From Spirochaetia bacterium (GTDB lineage Bacteria; Spirochaetota; Spirochaetia; SZUA-6; Bin103), in contig CBDBDQ010000005.1 of NCBI GenBank assembly GCA_965203905.1, positions 5,216,001 through 5,280,000 of the forward strand: a stretch of 64,000 nt of DNA. The letters are read 5' to 3'. Numbering within the stretch: position 1 is the first letter of the stretch; each line of letters begins with the position of its first letter. Positions 1 through 9,259 of this stretch are shown here, in pieces. The position numbers were made by a program, and so were the translations under genes. A model generated the notes under the pieces. It saw nothing but the letters and a program-made list of their open reading frames with translations, was not told where the DNA came from and did not search any database.

Positions 1-1377
1 GTCGTACTCCGCGTAGCGGGTCGCCCACTCCTCCTTGTAGAAGGAGTTCTCCGGGTCCATCGCCGCCTGCCGCGGAACCGCCAGCCCGAAGAACAGCACC
101 TTGTTGATCTCCTCGCGGTCGATCGCCAGCGACATCGCCTGCCGGAAGCGCACGTCCTGGAAAACCTCGCGCTGCACCGGGTCCTGGTGCGTGAGGTTGA
201 AGGCATAGAAGCTCTCCGCTCCCGCGGCGCGCGGCCACATCAGCGTCTCGTAGTCGCCCGATTCCTCGTTCTCCTTGAACAGCGGGAAGTCGGGAGTGGA
301 CAGTCCGATGGCGGCCACCGACAGCTCGCCGGAGATCACCTTCAGATTGAGGGTCTCGGCGTCCGCCACGGTCTCCACCCGCAGGCGGTCGATGTAGGGG
401 AGCTGGTTGCCGGCCGGGTCGATGGCGAAGTGGTAGGGATTGCGTACGTGGAGCACGTAGGTGGTGGTGATCTCCTCGTGGTTCCAGGGATTGACGCTCG
501 GAGTGTTCAGGTCCCCGACCCGAAAGTCGCTGGTGCTGGCCTGTTTCGCCCACACCGCCTGCACCCAACTGTCGTAGCCTTCCTCCTTGGCCAGGGCGTC
601 GGCGTTCTCGTTGTACTTGGCGTGGTACTTGGAGAGGTAGTGCTTGGGATAGGAGTGAGGCTGCCAGCCGCCCCAGAACTCGTACCAGCCCGGCAGCGTC
701 GGGAACGGATCGGTGTAGTGCAGCCGCACCGTGAAGTCGTCCACCTTCTCGGCGTGCGACATCGGTCCCCAGCCGCTGCGATGCCAGCCGGACGGGAACT
801 CGTCGATGAGTATGAAGTCCTCGAACGAGAACATCACGTCGTCCGCGGTGTAGGGGTGGCCATCGGACCACTTCATGCCGCGCCGCAGGTACATGGTGAC
901 CGTCTTCTGGTCTTCCGACATCTCCCAGCCCTTGTGGGCATAGGGCACGATGTCGATCGGGCTTCCCGGACCGCGGTTGGCGGTCTGCACGGCGCCGGCC
1001 AGCCCGCGGATCGGCGTCAACTCGGTGTACTCGGTACCGATCGCGGCCGCCTTGAGGGTGCCGCCGTAGGTGCCGGTGCCCTCGAACACGTTGAACACCA
1101 GCGGTTCTTCGGGCAGCCGTTCCTCGACCGGAGGCAGATCTCCCGCCTGCACCATCGCCGCCAGCATCGGGGCCTCGCCGAACGAGGTGATCGTCTGGCC
1201 GGTGTCGCGCTCGAAGTCGGCCAGCGTATCCCACTGCCATACGTCGCCGTACTCGGACATCATCTCCGCCGCCGCGGATCCCTGCGCCCCCGACTCCACC
1301 TCGCCGCTCGCGAACGCGACTGCCGCCGCCACGCAAACCGCGAGTGCGACCAGGACCAGTTGCCCAATCTTTCTCAT
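1..1377 (-). CDS. ABC transporter substrate-binding protein, family 5 (Dpp/Opp-like); 3' end runs off the window
   Basis: Read manually on the minus strand from ATG 1377 (AGGAG upstream): MRKIGQLVLVALAVCVAAAVAFASGEVE...EAPMLAAMVQAGDLPPVEERLPEEP...LRRGMKWSDGHPYTADDV. The motifs match the SBPs at 9260, 14498 and 23765. Confidence 0.9.
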   Translation of the reverse strand, partial: MRKIGQLVLVALAVCVAAAVAFASGEVESGAQGSAAAEMMSEYGDVWQWDTLADFERDTGQTITSFGEAPMLAAMVQAGDLPPVEERLPEEPLVFNVFEGTGTYGGTLKAAAIGTEYTELTPIRGLAGAVQTANRGPGSPIDIVPYAHKGWEMSEDQKTVTMYLRRGMKWSDGHPYTADDVMFSFEDFILIDEFPSGWHRSGWGPMSHAEKVDDFTVRLHYTDPFPTLPGWYEFWGGWQPHSYPKHYLSKYHAKYNENADALAKEEGYDSWVQAVWAKQASTSDFRVGDLNTPSVNPWNHEEITTTYVLHVRNPYHFAIDPAGNQLPYIDRLRVETVADAETLNLKVISGELSVAAIGLSTPDFPLFKENEESGDYETLMWPRAAGAESFYAFNLTHQDPVQREVFQDVRFRQAMSLAIDREEINKVLFFGLAVPRQAAMDPENSFYKEEWATRYAEYD

Positions 1378-1412
1378 GAAGGATTCTCCTTAATCTGGAA
1401 GAGATCCGCGAA

Positions 1413-1440
1413 AGTGTAGCCCGTCGCCCCCCGCTGTCAA
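1413..1440 (-). promoter_or_regulatory. sigma70-like promoter for the SBP gene
   Basis: TTGACA (1435-1440), 16 bp spacer, TACACT (1413-1418) on the minus strand, just upstream of the RBS. Confidence 0.5.
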
Positions 1441-1729
1441 CCACCGCGGCGCGCGCTCTCTCTCCTTGTTGCCGCGTTCTCGATGCCGCCGAGCGCGTAC
1501 CACCACCATGCCGTGCTCGGCCAAGTGCGGGTCAGCGCGGTATGATCTTCGGTATGGAGATTACATCGACACGCGCCAACCGACCGTTCCATGCTCGGCC
1601 GGCGCGTTCGCTGCGACGTGCGGCGGTCAGGCTCGGGATTGCGGACCGCTGGGTCGACGGTCCTTCCGACAGCCGGTTGCGCGCACGACAGCAACCAGGG
1701 AGAGCTGCACGGATGGTGAGGTCCGGAAC

Positions 1730-4432
1730 ATGAGAATACTGCTGGTCGACGACGATGCAGCCGGTGCGGCGGAACTGCAGGATTGCCTGCACGGTCTCGG
1801 GTACGAGGTATGCGCAACCGTGTCATGCGCGCGGTCAGCCGTGCGGAGCGCCGCGGAGCTGGCTCCTGATCTGGCCTTGATCGAATCCCGACTCACGACC
1901 GCCAGCACGGGGTTCGAGATTGCCGAACAGATCACGCAGCGGTGTGACATTCCGGTCGTGTACCTGGTTGACGACGTGGATGAGAGCCTGCTGCAGCGCA
2001 ACCCGAACCCGGGTGCGTACGGCTACGTCCTGAAACCGTTCGACAAACTACAGCTCCAGCTCAATCTGGTCACCGCGCTGGCCATGCACGAGCGGGTCGG
2101 AATGCTGCGCGGGGCCAGCGCCGGAGCGGTGGCCCCGCGCGTCCTGCCTGACCACGAGCGGGATCTGAACGACGAGTCCACCGGCGCACTCGACGAGCTG
2201 AAGCGGTCGCCGGAGTCGTTGGAAACGCTGTTCAACACCGATGCCGAAGGCGTCGTCATGATCGGCAACGACGAGTTGCAACAGGCGAAGGGCAACCTTG
2301 GTAGTCAAACGCGCCTGATGGAGACCGTGTTCAACAGTATCAGTGAAGCCGTGGCGGTTGCCGACCTGGACGGCAACTTGGTGTTCGCCAATCCGGCCTC
2401 GCGACGTCTCTTCGGCAGGCAGACCCGGCGTTTCGGGCATACCCAATGGGACGGTGGATTCGGCATTTTTTGGCCCGACACGAAGACCCCCGCAGCCCCC
2501 GAGGAGTTGCCGCTGACGCGCGCCATGCAGGGCGAACCCACCGACGCGGTGGAATTGTTCGTGCGCACCGTACAGAACCCGGACGGGCGTTTCATCAGTA
2601 TCAACGGAAGACCGCTGAGGGACGAGTCGGGTACGCCGACCGGCGGGGTTTGCGTGACCCGAGACATCACCGACCTCAAGCGGGCCGAGGAGCAGTTACG
2701 CCGCACGATCGACCGACTGGAAGACCAGACTCAGCTCATGAAGACGGTCTTCGACAGTATCAGCGATGGGGTGATCGTGGTCGATGAGCACGGCAGGTAC
2801 CTGCTCTACAATCCGGGGGCGGAACGCATCATGGGCATGCCCGCGCAGTCGGTCGCGATCGAGCAGCGGACTGAGACGTATGGCATCTACCGTTCCGATG
2901 GCGTGACCATGGTGCCCGCCGAAGAGTTGCCGCTGACCCGTGCGAGGCGCGGCGAATTCACTGACAACGTGGAACTATTCATTCGCAACAACAAGATGCC
3001 CGACGGCCGTGCCATCAGTGCCAGCGGGCGCCCGCTGCGCGACCAGAGCGGCACTATACGGGGTGGAGTTGTGGTGTTCCGCGACATTACCGAGATCAAG
3101 CAGAAGGAAAGTGAATTGAAGCGCACCGCGGCGGTCCTGCGATCCGAGCGGCAGTTCATGAAGACCGTCTTCGACAGCATCAGCGATGGCGTGATGGCGG
3201 TCGACGAAGATGGCAGGTTCCGCATTATCAACCCAAGCGCAAGACGGATCGCGGGTATCACCACAGTGGCTATCGGATCGGATCGATGGACCGACGAGTA
3301 TGGATTCTTTTTCCCCGACGGCGTGTCCCGCATGCCCGCCGACGAACTGCCGTTGATTCGTGCCATCCGCGGCCAGGAGTCGGACGACGTCGAGATGTTC
3401 GTACGTAATCGAGAGGTTCCCAATGGAGTCTTCATCAGTGTCAGCGGGAGACCACTAAAGAGCGAAACCGGCACTCCGCAAGGTGCCGTGATCGTGTTCC
3501 ATGATGTCACCGAGCGTGTTCGCGCGCAGGATGCGTTGACCCGCGCGTTCTCCGAAGGGCGCTTGGAGGTCATGGAAACGATACTGCACAACATCGGCAA
3601 CGCCATCAACAGCGTCTCGATCGGCCTCGGTACCATTCGTGAACAGGTGCTGCACAATGCTCTCAGCAGCCAACTCACGGCGGTTGCCGAGGCCCTGAAG
3701 GAGCATCAGGACGACTGGATCACGTATCTCGAAAGGGATCCGCAGGGCGCCAATGTGATTCCGTTCCTGATTGCTCTGGCGCACGACTTGAGGGTACAGA
3801 ATGAGCGCTTGGCGAGCACGGTGAGACGCGTCGAAGGCCGCGTCGAGCACATCGTCGACATCATCCGTACGCAACGTTCGGTTGAGTTTGGAAGCATGGA
3901 CCACAAGGACGTCAGTGTGGCCGCGACCATCGGCGACACCGTCCAGTTGCTGGGGGAGGCGCTGAGCAACAGAGGGATCGCGGTTCGCGTTGATTGCAGC
4001 CGTGCACCGCAACAGATCAGGGTCCGTGAGAGCAAGTTCCATCAGATGCTGGTGAATCTCATCAAGAACGCAATTGAAGCCATCGACGAGCGTGCCGAGT
4101 CGGAGCTGTCGAGAGTAGTACCGGAGATCAATATCGTGACCTACGTAGAGGACAGGTTTCTGGTGGTTGACGTGGCCGACAACGGAATCGGTATCGACTC
4201 GAAACGACTCAACGTCATTTTCACCGCGGGCTACTCGACCAAGCGCAGAGGCACCGGGCTGGGCCTCCATACGGCCGCGAATTTCATCATTGGGTCGGGT
4301 GGGAAAATCGTTCCGCTCAGCGACGGGATCGGTACCGGGACCACCATGCGCGTCATGTTGCGCCTGTCGTCGGTGTTGCCCGGGGCGCGGGCGGCGGACG
4401 GTACCGATCGGTCCCGTGGCGAGAGCTACTAG
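1730..4432 (+). CDS. Hybrid sensor: N-terminal (pseudo)receiver, three PAS modules, histidine kinase
   Basis: REC start MRILLVDDD and KPF motif. Three 140-aa PAS/PAC repeats. H-box ILHNIGNAIN, N-box NLIKNAIEA, G1 DNGIGI, G2 GTGLGL. Confidence 0.9.
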   Translation: MRILLVDDDAAGAAELQDCLHGLGYEVCATVSCARSAVRSAAELAPDLALIESRLTTASTGFEIAEQITQRCDIPVVYLVDDVDESLLQRNPNPGAYGYVLKPFDKLQLQLNLVTALAMHERVGMLRGASAGAVAPRVLPDHERDLNDESTGALDELKRSPESLETLFNTDAEGVVMIGNDELQQAKGNLGSQTRLMETVFNSISEAVAVADLDGNLVFANPASRRLFGRQTRRFGHTQWDGGFGIFWPDTKTPAAPEELPLTRAMQGEPTDAVELFVRTVQNPDGRFISINGRPLRDESGTPTGGVCVTRDITDLKRAEEQLRRTIDRLEDQTQLMKTVFDSISDGVIVVDEHGRYLLYNPGAERIMGMPAQSVAIEQRTETYGIYRSDGVTMVPAEELPLTRARRGEFTDNVELFIRNNKMPDGRAISASGRPLRDQSGTIRGGVVVFRDITEIKQKESELKRTAAVLRSERQFMKTVFDSISDGVMAVDEDGRFRIINPSARRIAGITTVAIGSDRWTDEYGFFFPDGVSRMPADELPLIRAIRGQESDDVEMFVRNREVPNGVFISVSGRPLKSETGTPQGAVIVFHDVTERVRAQDALTRAFSEGRLEVMETILHNIGNAINSVSIGLGTIREQVLHNALSSQLTAVAEALKEHQDDWITYLERDPQGANVIPFLIALAHDLRVQNERLASTVRRVEGRVEHIVDIIRTQRSVEFGSMDHKDVSVAATIGDTVQLLGEALSNRGIAVRVDCSRAPQQIRVRESKFHQMLVNLIKNAIEAIDERAESELSRVVPEINIVTYVEDRFLVVDVADNGIGIDSKRLNVIFTAGYSTKRRGTGLGLHTAANFIIGSGGKIVPLSDGIGTGTTMRVMLRLSSVLPGARAADGTDRSRGESY
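2318..3577 (+). repeat. Three intragenic PAS modules with an exact 420-bp period
   Basis: Similar module starts atggagaccgtgttcaacagtatcag, atgaagacggtcttcgacagtatcag and atgaagaccgtcttcgacagcatcag at 2318, 2738 and 3158. Confidence 0.85.
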
Positions 4433-5328
4433 TCGAGGCGGTAGATGCGCACCGCGTTGTCGTGGAACAGCCTGGCGCGCTCGGTTTCCGAGTAGTCGCG
4501 GGTAATCTCGGAGAACGCCTCCCAGAGCGCGTCGTAGCTGCTCATCAGGCTCTCGACCGGGAAGTTGCTGGCGAACATGCAGCGGTCGACGCCGAAGTAC
4601 TCAATGGTCTGCTCCACGAACGGGCGTATCGAGCCGGTGGTCCAGCCGCGGTCGAACATGCACAGGCCGGAAATCTTGACGGCAACGTTGGGGGCCGCCG
4701 CCAGCTCGCGCATGCCCCGGCGCCACCCCGCCAGGTAGTCGGGGTCGAACAGGCGCGGCATGCCCGTGTGGTTGAGGATCATCTGAATGTCGTCGAAGTC
4801 CGCGGCCAGATGCGCGGCATCGGCCATTTGCTGCCACCAGAGCTGCAGGTCGAAGGAGAGTCCGTGCGCCCGCAGCCGGGCGTAGCCCGCGCGCCACGCC
4901 GGGTCCTGCATCAGGTCGCCGCGCGCGGCGAAGCAGAACCGCGGCGTATCGGGCTCGAAGTTCAGCATGTCGCGGATGCCGCGCATGTTGGCGTGCGCGC
5001 AGTGCCGTTCCAGCACCCCGTCGACATCGGGCGCCGCCAAGTCGGCGTAGGCCACGATGCCGCTCGGCAGCCCGCCGGAGGCGGGATCGTCGGCCACCGC
5101 CTGCAACCACGCGGTCTCCGCCACCGGATCGGCGTGGTCCACCTCCGCCTGCACGTGCACCGACTTGACCAGCTCCAGCCGAACGGCGTCGGCGCGAAAG
5201 TCGCCGATCAGGTAGTTGCGGCGGATCGCCGCGTAATCGCCCATCGGATGGTCGATCGGCTCGGCCAGCCACGGGTAGTGCAACTTGCCCAGGTCCCACA
5301 GGTGATGATGCGCGTCTACGATCTGCAT
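4429..5328 (-). CDS. Amidohydrolase_2 family hydrolase (sugar-lactonase/LigI-like)
   Basis: MQIVDAHHHLWD, ILNHTGMP, VKISG, RCMFASNFPV motifs. Confidence 0.88.
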   Translation of the reverse strand: MQIVDAHHHLWDLGKLHYPWLAEPIDHPMGDYAAIRRNYLIGDFRADAVRLELVKSVHVQAEVDHADPVAETAWLQAVADDPASGGLPSGIVAYADLAAPDVDGVLERHCAHANMRGIRDMLNFEPDTPRFCFAARGDLMQDPAWRAGYARLRAHGLSFDLQLWWQQMADAAHLAADFDDIQMILNHTGMPRLFDPDYLAGWRRGMRELAAAPNVAVKISGLCMFDRGWTTGSIRPFVEQTIEYFGVDRCMFASNFPVESLMSSYDALWEAFSEITRDYSETERARLFHDNAVRIYRLD

Positions 5329-5651
5329 GGTGGGCCCATGATAGGGGCTGGGCGGGACCTGGTCACCCGTGGTCGGCGGCACCGAGCGGCACCGGCACCA
5401 CTGGCCTGCAGACAAGTGCCGTCCGATCCGGCAGTCAGCGCAGCGGCCGTCAGAGTCTGCTCAGCAGCCTCGATCAGCGTGACTGCCTGCGCGCGAGAGA
5501 CACTCGGATACGCGTCAAGGAACTCGTCCAGACTGTCGCCCGCTGCCAGGAATTCGAAGAGGATGCGGACGGGGACGCGAGTTCCCCTGAATACCGGAGT
5601 ACCGCGCAGGATCCTGGCGTTGGAATGCATCACACGAGCAACCTCGAGCAT
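5316..5651 (-). CDS. DUF433 family protein (antitoxin-type), no adjacent toxin
   Basis: ILRGTPVFRGTRVPVRILFEFLAAGDSLDEFLDAYPSVSRAQ. Confidence 0.85.
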   Translation of the reverse strand: MLEVARVMHSNARILRGTPVFRGTRVPVRILFEFLAAGDSLDEFLDAYPSVSRAQAVTLIEAAEQTLTAAALTAGSDGTCLQASGAGAARCRRPRVTRSRPAPIMGPPCRS

Positions 5652-5780
5652 GGGGTGATTCCAGAGTGAGTATACCCAAGAATGATCGATCGGACGCTGT
5701 AGCCGTCGGCGACGGTGAAGGGTTTTTGCCAGAGCGTTGCGGCGTCCCGCGGAGACCGGACGGCGACGGAGAAGCTGGCT

Positions 5781-7016
5781 TCAGGCGCGCTGCTGTTCGT
5801 AGGCGGCGGCTGCGGCCTGGAGGCACGCCACGGCGTGGCGCCGTGACTCGGCCAGCGAGTATTTTTCGTGCTGCTTGATCATGCAGGCAACGGCGCCGAG
5901 GCGGACCGCGGCATGGAATCCGATACTGGGCTGATACGCTCCCTCGTCGTGGGAAGTGAAGTTCCCGTGATGGGTGTTGGGGAGACGCAGCAGGCGCTCC
6001 TCGACCGCGTCCCAGAGGCTGCGGGTGTTGCCGTCGCCGGCCAGCTCGGAGCGATAGCGCAGCAGCATGTGCCCCGGCCGCCGCGACCAGTTGTTGGAGT
6101 GCCACTCCCAGAACAGCCAGGGGCGGAGCCGTTCCAGGTAGCGCCACTCGACAAGGTTCTCGGGGGATGCCGCGGGATCTCCCTGCGCTGCCAGGTTCGC
6201 CTCGAAGTAGGGGAACCGGCCCACCGCGTCGGCCACGCAGTAGCCGAGCACGGTGCCGTCCGGGTTCGTGGTGGGTACGACGCAGACCCGGAACCGGTCG
6301 CGAATCCGTGCCGCCGCAGCCTCGTTCGAGACCAGCCAGTCGATCAGCGCGCGGCAGGCGTGGCTGGCCATCGCCTCGGAAGGCTGCGTGGTCTGCGCGT
6401 TCACGATGGTGGGTGCGCCGGCGTCGTCGCGGCCGATCTCCACCGCATGGATCGGGCGGCCCTGGTGGCTCCTGCCGATCACCTTGACCCGCGCCAGGGA
6501 GCCGGCGCGGCGCACGAGCTGTTCGAGATAGCGCAGCCGCTCGCTGAACGGCCACCAGTGGAAGTTGCTGACGAACAGGGTGTCGGACTCCGCGTCGCCG
6601 CCGGCGGGCAGATCCAGCGTCAATTCCAGAGCGTCGCCGGCGTGGCCTATCGCGGCGGGGTCCAGGTGGCGCCAGCGGCCGCCCCGGCGCAGCACCATGT
6701 GCTCCTGGCCGAGCCAGCTTTCGCCTCGATGAATGTGCGCCGTGAGTTGCATCCGCAGGCGGCGCGCCGCGCCGCTCTTGTTGCGCAGACCGACGCACGC
6801 GTAATAGCCGACGCCCTTGAACCGATGATCGCCGGGATCCGGCTCCATGTGGATAGTGAACCGATCGTCGCCCAGCCGTTCGATCGCGTGTCCGTTGCCG
6901 CCCTCGAAGTCGGTCGCGATGAGCAGCGCGTCGTCTTCGTAGACGCGAGCCGGATGCGTGGCGGTCTCGCCGCGCACGTCCTCCCAGCCGGGGTCGTAAG
7001 TACGAAGCGCACTCAT
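5781..7016 (-). CDS. M14 zinc-carboxypeptidase-like protein
   Basis: N-terminal DFEGGN, IGRSHQGRPI, NPDG and WEWHS. The HxxE position reads QPSE. Confidence 0.75.
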   Translation of the reverse strand: MSALRTYDPGWEDVRGETATHPARVYEDDALLIATDFEGGNGHAIERLGDDRFTIHMEPDPGDHRFKGVGYYACVGLRNKSGAARRLRMQLTAHIHRGESWLGQEHMVLRRGGRWRHLDPAAIGHAGDALELTLDLPAGGDAESDTLFVSNFHWWPFSERLRYLEQLVRRAGSLARVKVIGRSHQGRPIHAVEIGRDDAGAPTIVNAQTTQPSEAMASHACRALIDWLVSNEAAAARIRDRFRVCVVPTTNPDGTVLGYCVADAVGRFPYFEANLAAQGDPAASPENLVEWRYLERLRPWLFWEWHSNNWSRRPGHMLLRYRSELAGDGNTRSLWDAVEERLLRLPNTHHGNFTSHDEGAYQPSIGFHAAVRLGAVACMIKQHEKYSLAESRRHAVACLQAAAAAYEQQRA

Positions 7017-7023
7017 GATCGGC

Positions 7024-8199
7024 TCACTTGTAGGGGTCGGCGGCATCGCGCATGCCGTCGCCGAGGAAGTTGAAGGCCAGCACGGCAACGATGACGAACA
7101 GGGCCGGCACCAGCAGCCACGGCTGCTGCGCCACGGTGCGCACGTTCTGCGCCGCCTTCAGCAGCACTCCCCAACTCACCACCGGCGGCCGCAGCCCGAG
7201 GCCGAGGAAGCTCAGCGCCGTCTCGCCCAGGATCATCCCCGGTATGTCCAGCGTGATGTTGACGATCAGGTAGCTGGAGAACGACGGCAGCAGGTGACGG
7301 CTGATGATGCTGCGCTCGCGCGCCCCCGCCACCCGCGCCGCGGTCACGAAGTCCTCCTCGCGCAGCTCCAGCAGCTTGCCGCGCACCACCCGGGCCAGTC
7401 CGGTCCAACCGACGATCGACAGCACCAGGGTGATGCCGAAGTACACCTTGATCGCGGACCAGTGCGCCGGCAGCGCGGCGGCCAGTCCCATCCACAGGGG
7501 AATGGTGGGTATCGAGCGCAGGAACTCGATGACGCGCTGGATGATGGTGTCCACCTTGCCGCTGTAGAACCCCGAGACGCCACCCAGCAGGCAGCCGAGC
7601 AGGAAGCTGATCAGCACCCCGCCGAGCCCGACCGACAGGGAGATGCGCGATGCGTACAGCACCCGGGTCAGCATGTCGCGCCCCAGCTCGTCGGTTCCCA
7701 GCAGGTGGATGGTTGCGGGCGTGTCCACCCCGAAAAGATGGAGGTCGGTGCGGAACAGGCGCCAGAAGCGGTACTCGTCGCCGCGCTGGAACAGCCGCAC
7801 CGGGTAACGCGTCGTGGTGTCGGCGATGTACTCCCAGCGAAAGGTCTCCTCGTTCAACTCCTGGCGAAACTCGTACACGAAGGGCCGCAGGTAGAACCGC
7901 GAGCCGTCGAAGAAGTGAACCCGCTGCGGTGGGAAGAAGATGAAGTCGGCATTGCGCTCCAGCGGGGTGTAGGGCGACAGAAACTCGCAGAACAGCGCTC
8001 CCAGGTAGAACAGGCCCAGGATGACGGCGCCGACGATGGCCAGCCGGTGGCGCCGGAACTTGGACCACATGAGCTGCCACTGCGACGCCAGGTAGTAGCG
8101 CTCGTCGGATGCACTGCCGGCGTCCGCCGCGGCCCCGGCCGCGGAGACGGTCGCCGCGCTCACGCGCGCGTCGGCGCTGGTCGGGTCCCCGTGTGCCAT
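7024..8199 (-). CDS. Peptide/nickel-type ABC permease (DppC/OppC-like)
   Basis: LLGTDELGRDMLTRVLYASRISL, EAA-like loop FVTAARVAGA, SFLGLGL..P..SWG. Confidence 0.93.
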   Translation of the reverse strand: MAHGDPTSADARVSAATVSAAGAAADAGSASDERYYLASQWQLMWSKFRRHRLAIVGAVILGLFYLGALFCEFLSPYTPLERNADFIFFPPQRVHFFDGSRFYLRPFVYEFRQELNEETFRWEYIADTTTRYPVRLFQRGDEYRFWRLFRTDLHLFGVDTPATIHLLGTDELGRDMLTRVLYASRISLSVGLGGVLISFLLGCLLGGVSGFYSGKVDTIIQRVIEFLRSIPTIPLWMGLAAALPAHWSAIKVYFGITLVLSIVGWTGLARVVRGKLLELREEDFVTAARVAGARERSIISRHLLPSFSSYLIVNITLDIPGMILGETALSFLGLGLRPPVVSWGVLLKAAQNVRTVAQQPWLLVPALFVIVAVLAFNFLGDGMRDAADPYK

Positions 8200-8206
8200 G
8201 CGAGCT

Positions 8207-9193
8207 TCAGGCCTCGAAGCGGATGCGTGGGTCCGCCCAGGCCAGCAGCAGATCGGAGATCAGCGTGCCCACCACCGTCAGGCTGCTCAGCACCATGATG
8301 ATGCTGCCGGCCAGGTACATGTCCTGGCTCACCAGGGCACCCAGGAGCAGGACGCCGGTCGTGGGCAGCGACAGCACCACCGCGGTGATGGCGGCCCCCG
8401 ATACGATGGTCGGCAGCAGCCAGCCCACCGTGCTGATGATGGGGTTGATGGCCACCCGCACCGGGTAGCGGAACAGCAGGCGCAGCTCCGACACGCCCTT
8501 CGAGCGCGCGGTGATCACGTACTGCTTGCCCAGCTCGTCCAGCAGCGTGCCGCGCATCACCCGGATGATGCCCGCGGTGCCGCCGGTGCCGATCACGATG
8601 ATCACCACCCACAGGTGCTCGATCATGTCCAATACCTTGGCCACGCTCCACGGCGCGGTGGCGTACTCGGTGGAGAACAGGCCGCCGACGCTGAGGCCGA
8701 AGAACTTGAAGAAGTAGAACATGAGCAGCAGCGCCAGCAGGAAGTTGGGCGTGGCCAGCCCGATGAATCCGGTGAACGTGAACAGGTAGTCGCCGACCGA
8801 GTACTGGTGGGCCGCCGAGTAGATGCCGATCGGGATCGCCAGGGCGTAGGTGAAGACCAGGGTGGAGAGCGAGATCACCATGGTCAGCGGCACCCGTTCC
8901 GCGAGCAGCTCGGTGACCGGCTGGCCCCACTGGAACGACCAGCCCATGTCGCCGCGCACGAAGCCGGAGATCCACAGCCAGTACTGGGCGTAGAGCGGCT
9001 TGTCCAGGCCGTACTGCACCTTGAGCGCATCCACCAGGTCCTGCTGCACGTGCATGCCGCTGGCCGAGAGCTGCATGATGTAGGTGGTAAGGAAGTCGCC
9101 CGGCGGGAGCTGGATGATGATGAACGACAGCACCGAGATGCCGGCCATGATGAACACCATGTAGAAAAGCCGGCGCAGCGTGTACTTGAGCAA
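8207..9193 (-). CDS. Peptide/nickel-type ABC permease (DppB/OppB-like)
   Basis: IIQLPPGDF, YGLDKPLYAQY, YVITARSKG, DPRIR. Confidence 0.93.
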   Translation of the reverse strand: MLKYTLRRLFYMVFIMAGISVLSFIIIQLPPGDFLTTYIMQLSASGMHVQQDLVDALKVQYGLDKPLYAQYWLWISGFVRGDMGWSFQWGQPVTELLAERVPLTMVISLSTLVFTYALAIPIGIYSAAHQYSVGDYLFTFTGFIGLATPNFLLALLLMFYFFKFFGLSVGGLFSTEYATAPWSVAKVLDMIEHLWVVIIVIGTGGTAGIIRVMRGTLLDELGKQYVITARSKGVSELRLLFRYPVRVAINPIISTVGWLLPTIVSGAAITAVVLSLPTTGVLLLGALVSQDMYLAGSIIMVLSSLTVVGTLISDLLLAWADPRIRFEA

Positions 9194-9220
9194 GGTGGTC
9201 GGGCCTCCTGCACGGGCGGC

Positions 9221-9243
9221 CCCGGTGCCTGCCCGGCACCGGG
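9221..9243 (-). terminator. Intercistronic stem-loop between the SBP and permease genes
   Basis: cccggtgcc-tgccc-ggcaccggg, a perfect 9-bp stem. Confidence 0.55.
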
Positions 9244-9259
9244 ACCTGTGCCGCCCGCT

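Noticed and set aside
187-1419. 410-aa plus-strand ORF
   Set aside because: Antisense shadow of the minus-strand SBP, which the ORF track missed because it runs off the edge.
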